The notes below the pieces were generated by a model. The model had not been told where the DNA came from, did not search any database, and worked only from the letters and a program-made list of their open reading frames with translations. Of a DNA stretch of 25,784 nucleotides, positions 24,407 through 25,784 are shown in pieces. The position numbers and the translations under genes were made by a program. Numbering within the stretch: position 1 is the stretch's first letter; every line of letters starts with the position of its first letter. The stretch is from Candidatus Ratteibacteria bacterium (GTDB lineage: Bacteria > Ratteibacteria > UBA8468 > B48-G9 > JAFGKM01), in the NCBI GenBank assembly GCA_028697565.1, contig JAQVEU010000002.1, forward strand, positions 1-25,784, written 5' to 3'.

Positions 24407-25392
24407 TCTTTCTTGGGTCTTCTCGTCATCAGTTTTTTAATTTCTATTTCAGGGCTGACGTTTTTATATATAATTTTATATATTGATTCAGTAATAGGCA
24501 ACTCAATATTCATTTTTCTGCTTAATCTATAAAATGTCTTTGTTGAAAAAAGTCCTTCTATGACCATCTTGTTTTCCTTTAGGTATTTTTCCTTACCTGT
24601 TCTAACGATTGCCTCTCCAAATGACCTGTTTCTGCTGAAAGGACTGAAAGATGTGGTTATTATGTCGCCAATGCCTGAAAGTCCCCTGAATGTTTTTTCT
24701 CTGCCTCCCAGTCGGCATCCTATCTTAATCATTTCATTGAGTCCTCTTGTAAGATATGCGGACTTTGTGTTGATACCTAACCCCAGTCCGTCAACAATTC
24801 CTGCACCAATGGCAATAACATTCTTGAATGCACCACCTATCTCAACTCCCTTTATATCTGTGGTGGTATATATTCTTAGTGTCTCACAACCAAGCATTTT
24901 CTGAAAAAGTATGCCGATATTTTTTTTATAGGTTGCCACAACCGCTGCTGATGGCATCCCTTTTGCTATCTCCTTTGCAATGGTTGGCCCTGACAGAATA
25001 GCAAAAGGGATATCTCTTCCAAGTTCAGATATCAGAATCTCCGACATACTTTTTTCTGTTGATATTTCAATACCTTTCGTGCCTACAAGTATGGGTTGTC
25101 CCCTATAAAACTTTTTTAGATGCTTCACTGCCTTTCTAAAAAAGGTTGACCTTACCACAAGTATAATAATATCTGAGCAAGAGATGACTTCTTTTATAGA
25201 ACCAGTTATATAAACACTCTCCGGGATTTTAAAATCAGGGAAGTAGTCAGGACTTTCTCGCTTCTTTTTCAGTATAGATAGATTTTTTTCTACTGGCTCC
25301 CAGAGTATGAGCCGGTGTCCCTGCTTTTCTAACAGAAGGGTGAGTGTTATTCCCCAGCCACCTGCGCCCAGCACACCTATATTTTTTTCCAT
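24403..25392 (-). CDS. gpsA: NAD(P)H-dependent glycerol-3-phosphate dehydrogenase
   Basis: LGAGGWG, TKGIE, LSGPTIA-x-E, GVEIGGAFKNVIAI, GLSGIGD-x-x-x-T, SRNR and EG. Confidence 0.96.
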   Translation of the reverse strand: MEKNIGVLGAGGWGITLTLLLEKQGHRLILWEPVEKNLSILKKKRESPDYFPDFKIPESVYITGSIKEVISCSDIIILVVRSTFFRKAVKHLKKFYRGQPILVGTKGIEISTEKSMSEILISELGRDIPFAILSGPTIAKEIAKGMPSAAVVATYKKNIGILFQKMLGCETLRIYTTTDIKGVEIGGAFKNVIAIGAGIVDGLGLGINTKSAYLTRGLNEMIKIGCRLGGREKTFRGLSGIGDIITTSFSPFSRNRSFGEAIVRTGKEKYLKENKMVIEGLFSTKTFYRLSRKMNIELPITESIYKIIYKNVSPEIEIKKLMTRRPKKE

Positions 25393-25784
25393 GGTAATTT
25401 AATTTTATGTTCTTCCTTTTTCAACAGCCGCTTTATGTTACTCTTATGGGCATAGATAATTAAGAGAGATATTATAATACCTGTATAGATAGAGGGGAGG
25501 TTGTTTTGAAATAGGTATATAAAGAGAGGAAGAAATATAGAGGCGGTGATTGCCCCAAGAGAAACATATCTGGTTGTAATAACAATGACAATCCATATAA
25601 TAAGAGAGAATAATGCAGGTATAGGGAAAAGTCCTATAACCACTCCAAATCCAGTGGAAACCCCTTTGCCTCCTTTCCCTTTCAAAAATATAGAGAAGTT
25701 ATGTCCTATAATGGAAGCAATTCCTGCTGATATGGCATAGTAGAAAGGGAAGGGCAGTTGTTTCGTGAACAAGACAGGAAGAAG
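25377..25784 (-). CDS. plsY: Glycerol-3-phosphate acyltransferase PlsY, 3' part (5' end outside window)
   Basis: IGHNFSIFL-x-x-KGGKGVSTG-x-G, RYVSLGAI and H-x-x-NI-x-RL-x-x-x-x-E. The frame stays open to the window edge; the supplied ORF start at 25772 is internal. Confidence 0.93.
   Translation of the reverse strand, partial: LLPVLFTKQLPFPFYYAISAGIASIIGHNFSIFLKGKGGKGVSTGFGVVIGLFPIPALFSLIIWIVIVITTRYVSLGAITASIFLPLFIYLFQNNLPSIYTGIIISLLIIYAHKSNIKRLLKKEEHKIKLPWKKI

Noticed and set aside
1-25784. CRISPR array, tRNA, rRNA, riboswitch, defence system or stop-codon recoding
   Set aside because: No regularly spaced repeats, cloverleafs or recognisable aptamers in the short spacers, and all major genes are full length under the standard code. 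A covariance-model (Rfam/Infernal) search would be needed to exclude small RNAs at 16620-16950 and 19090-19670.

Overview
AT-rich, very compact bacterial chromosomal segment made mostly of housekeeping genes. No rRNA, tRNA, CRISPR array or intact mobile element was seen. Plus strand at left: 3' end of rpsI, argC (flanked on both sides by degenerate multi-hairpin repeats), a GmhB-like HAD phosphatase and lpdA. Minus strand, 16616->3683: a 14-gene run with overlaps or gaps of at most 37 nt, comprising a TIM-barrel sugar isomerase, a DUF362/ferredoxin protein, a second TIM-barrel isomerase, a LeuT-like NSS transporter, an unannotated 34-aa membrane microprotein, a lone rnfB, truA, murB, ddl, ftsQ, ftsA, ftsZ, a third TIM-barrel epimerase and a class V aminotransferase. 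Then a GH42 beta-galactosidase (minus), a probable transposase remnant and a 2-hydroxyacid dehydrogenase (plus), and a second minus-strand run: plsY (partial), gpsA, a MerR-type regulator, purN, a short ArgA-like GNAT, a secreted beta-solenoid membrane protein and argG. The most notable observations are the microprotein translationally coupled to the NSS transporter, a reciprocal Asp/Glu swap at the Mg-binding residues of Ddl, non-canonical motifs in FtsZ and FtsA, the isolated rnfB at the head of a split dcw cluster, and the hairpin repeats around argC. All family assignments come from motif recognition by eye and from memory; no database search was run.
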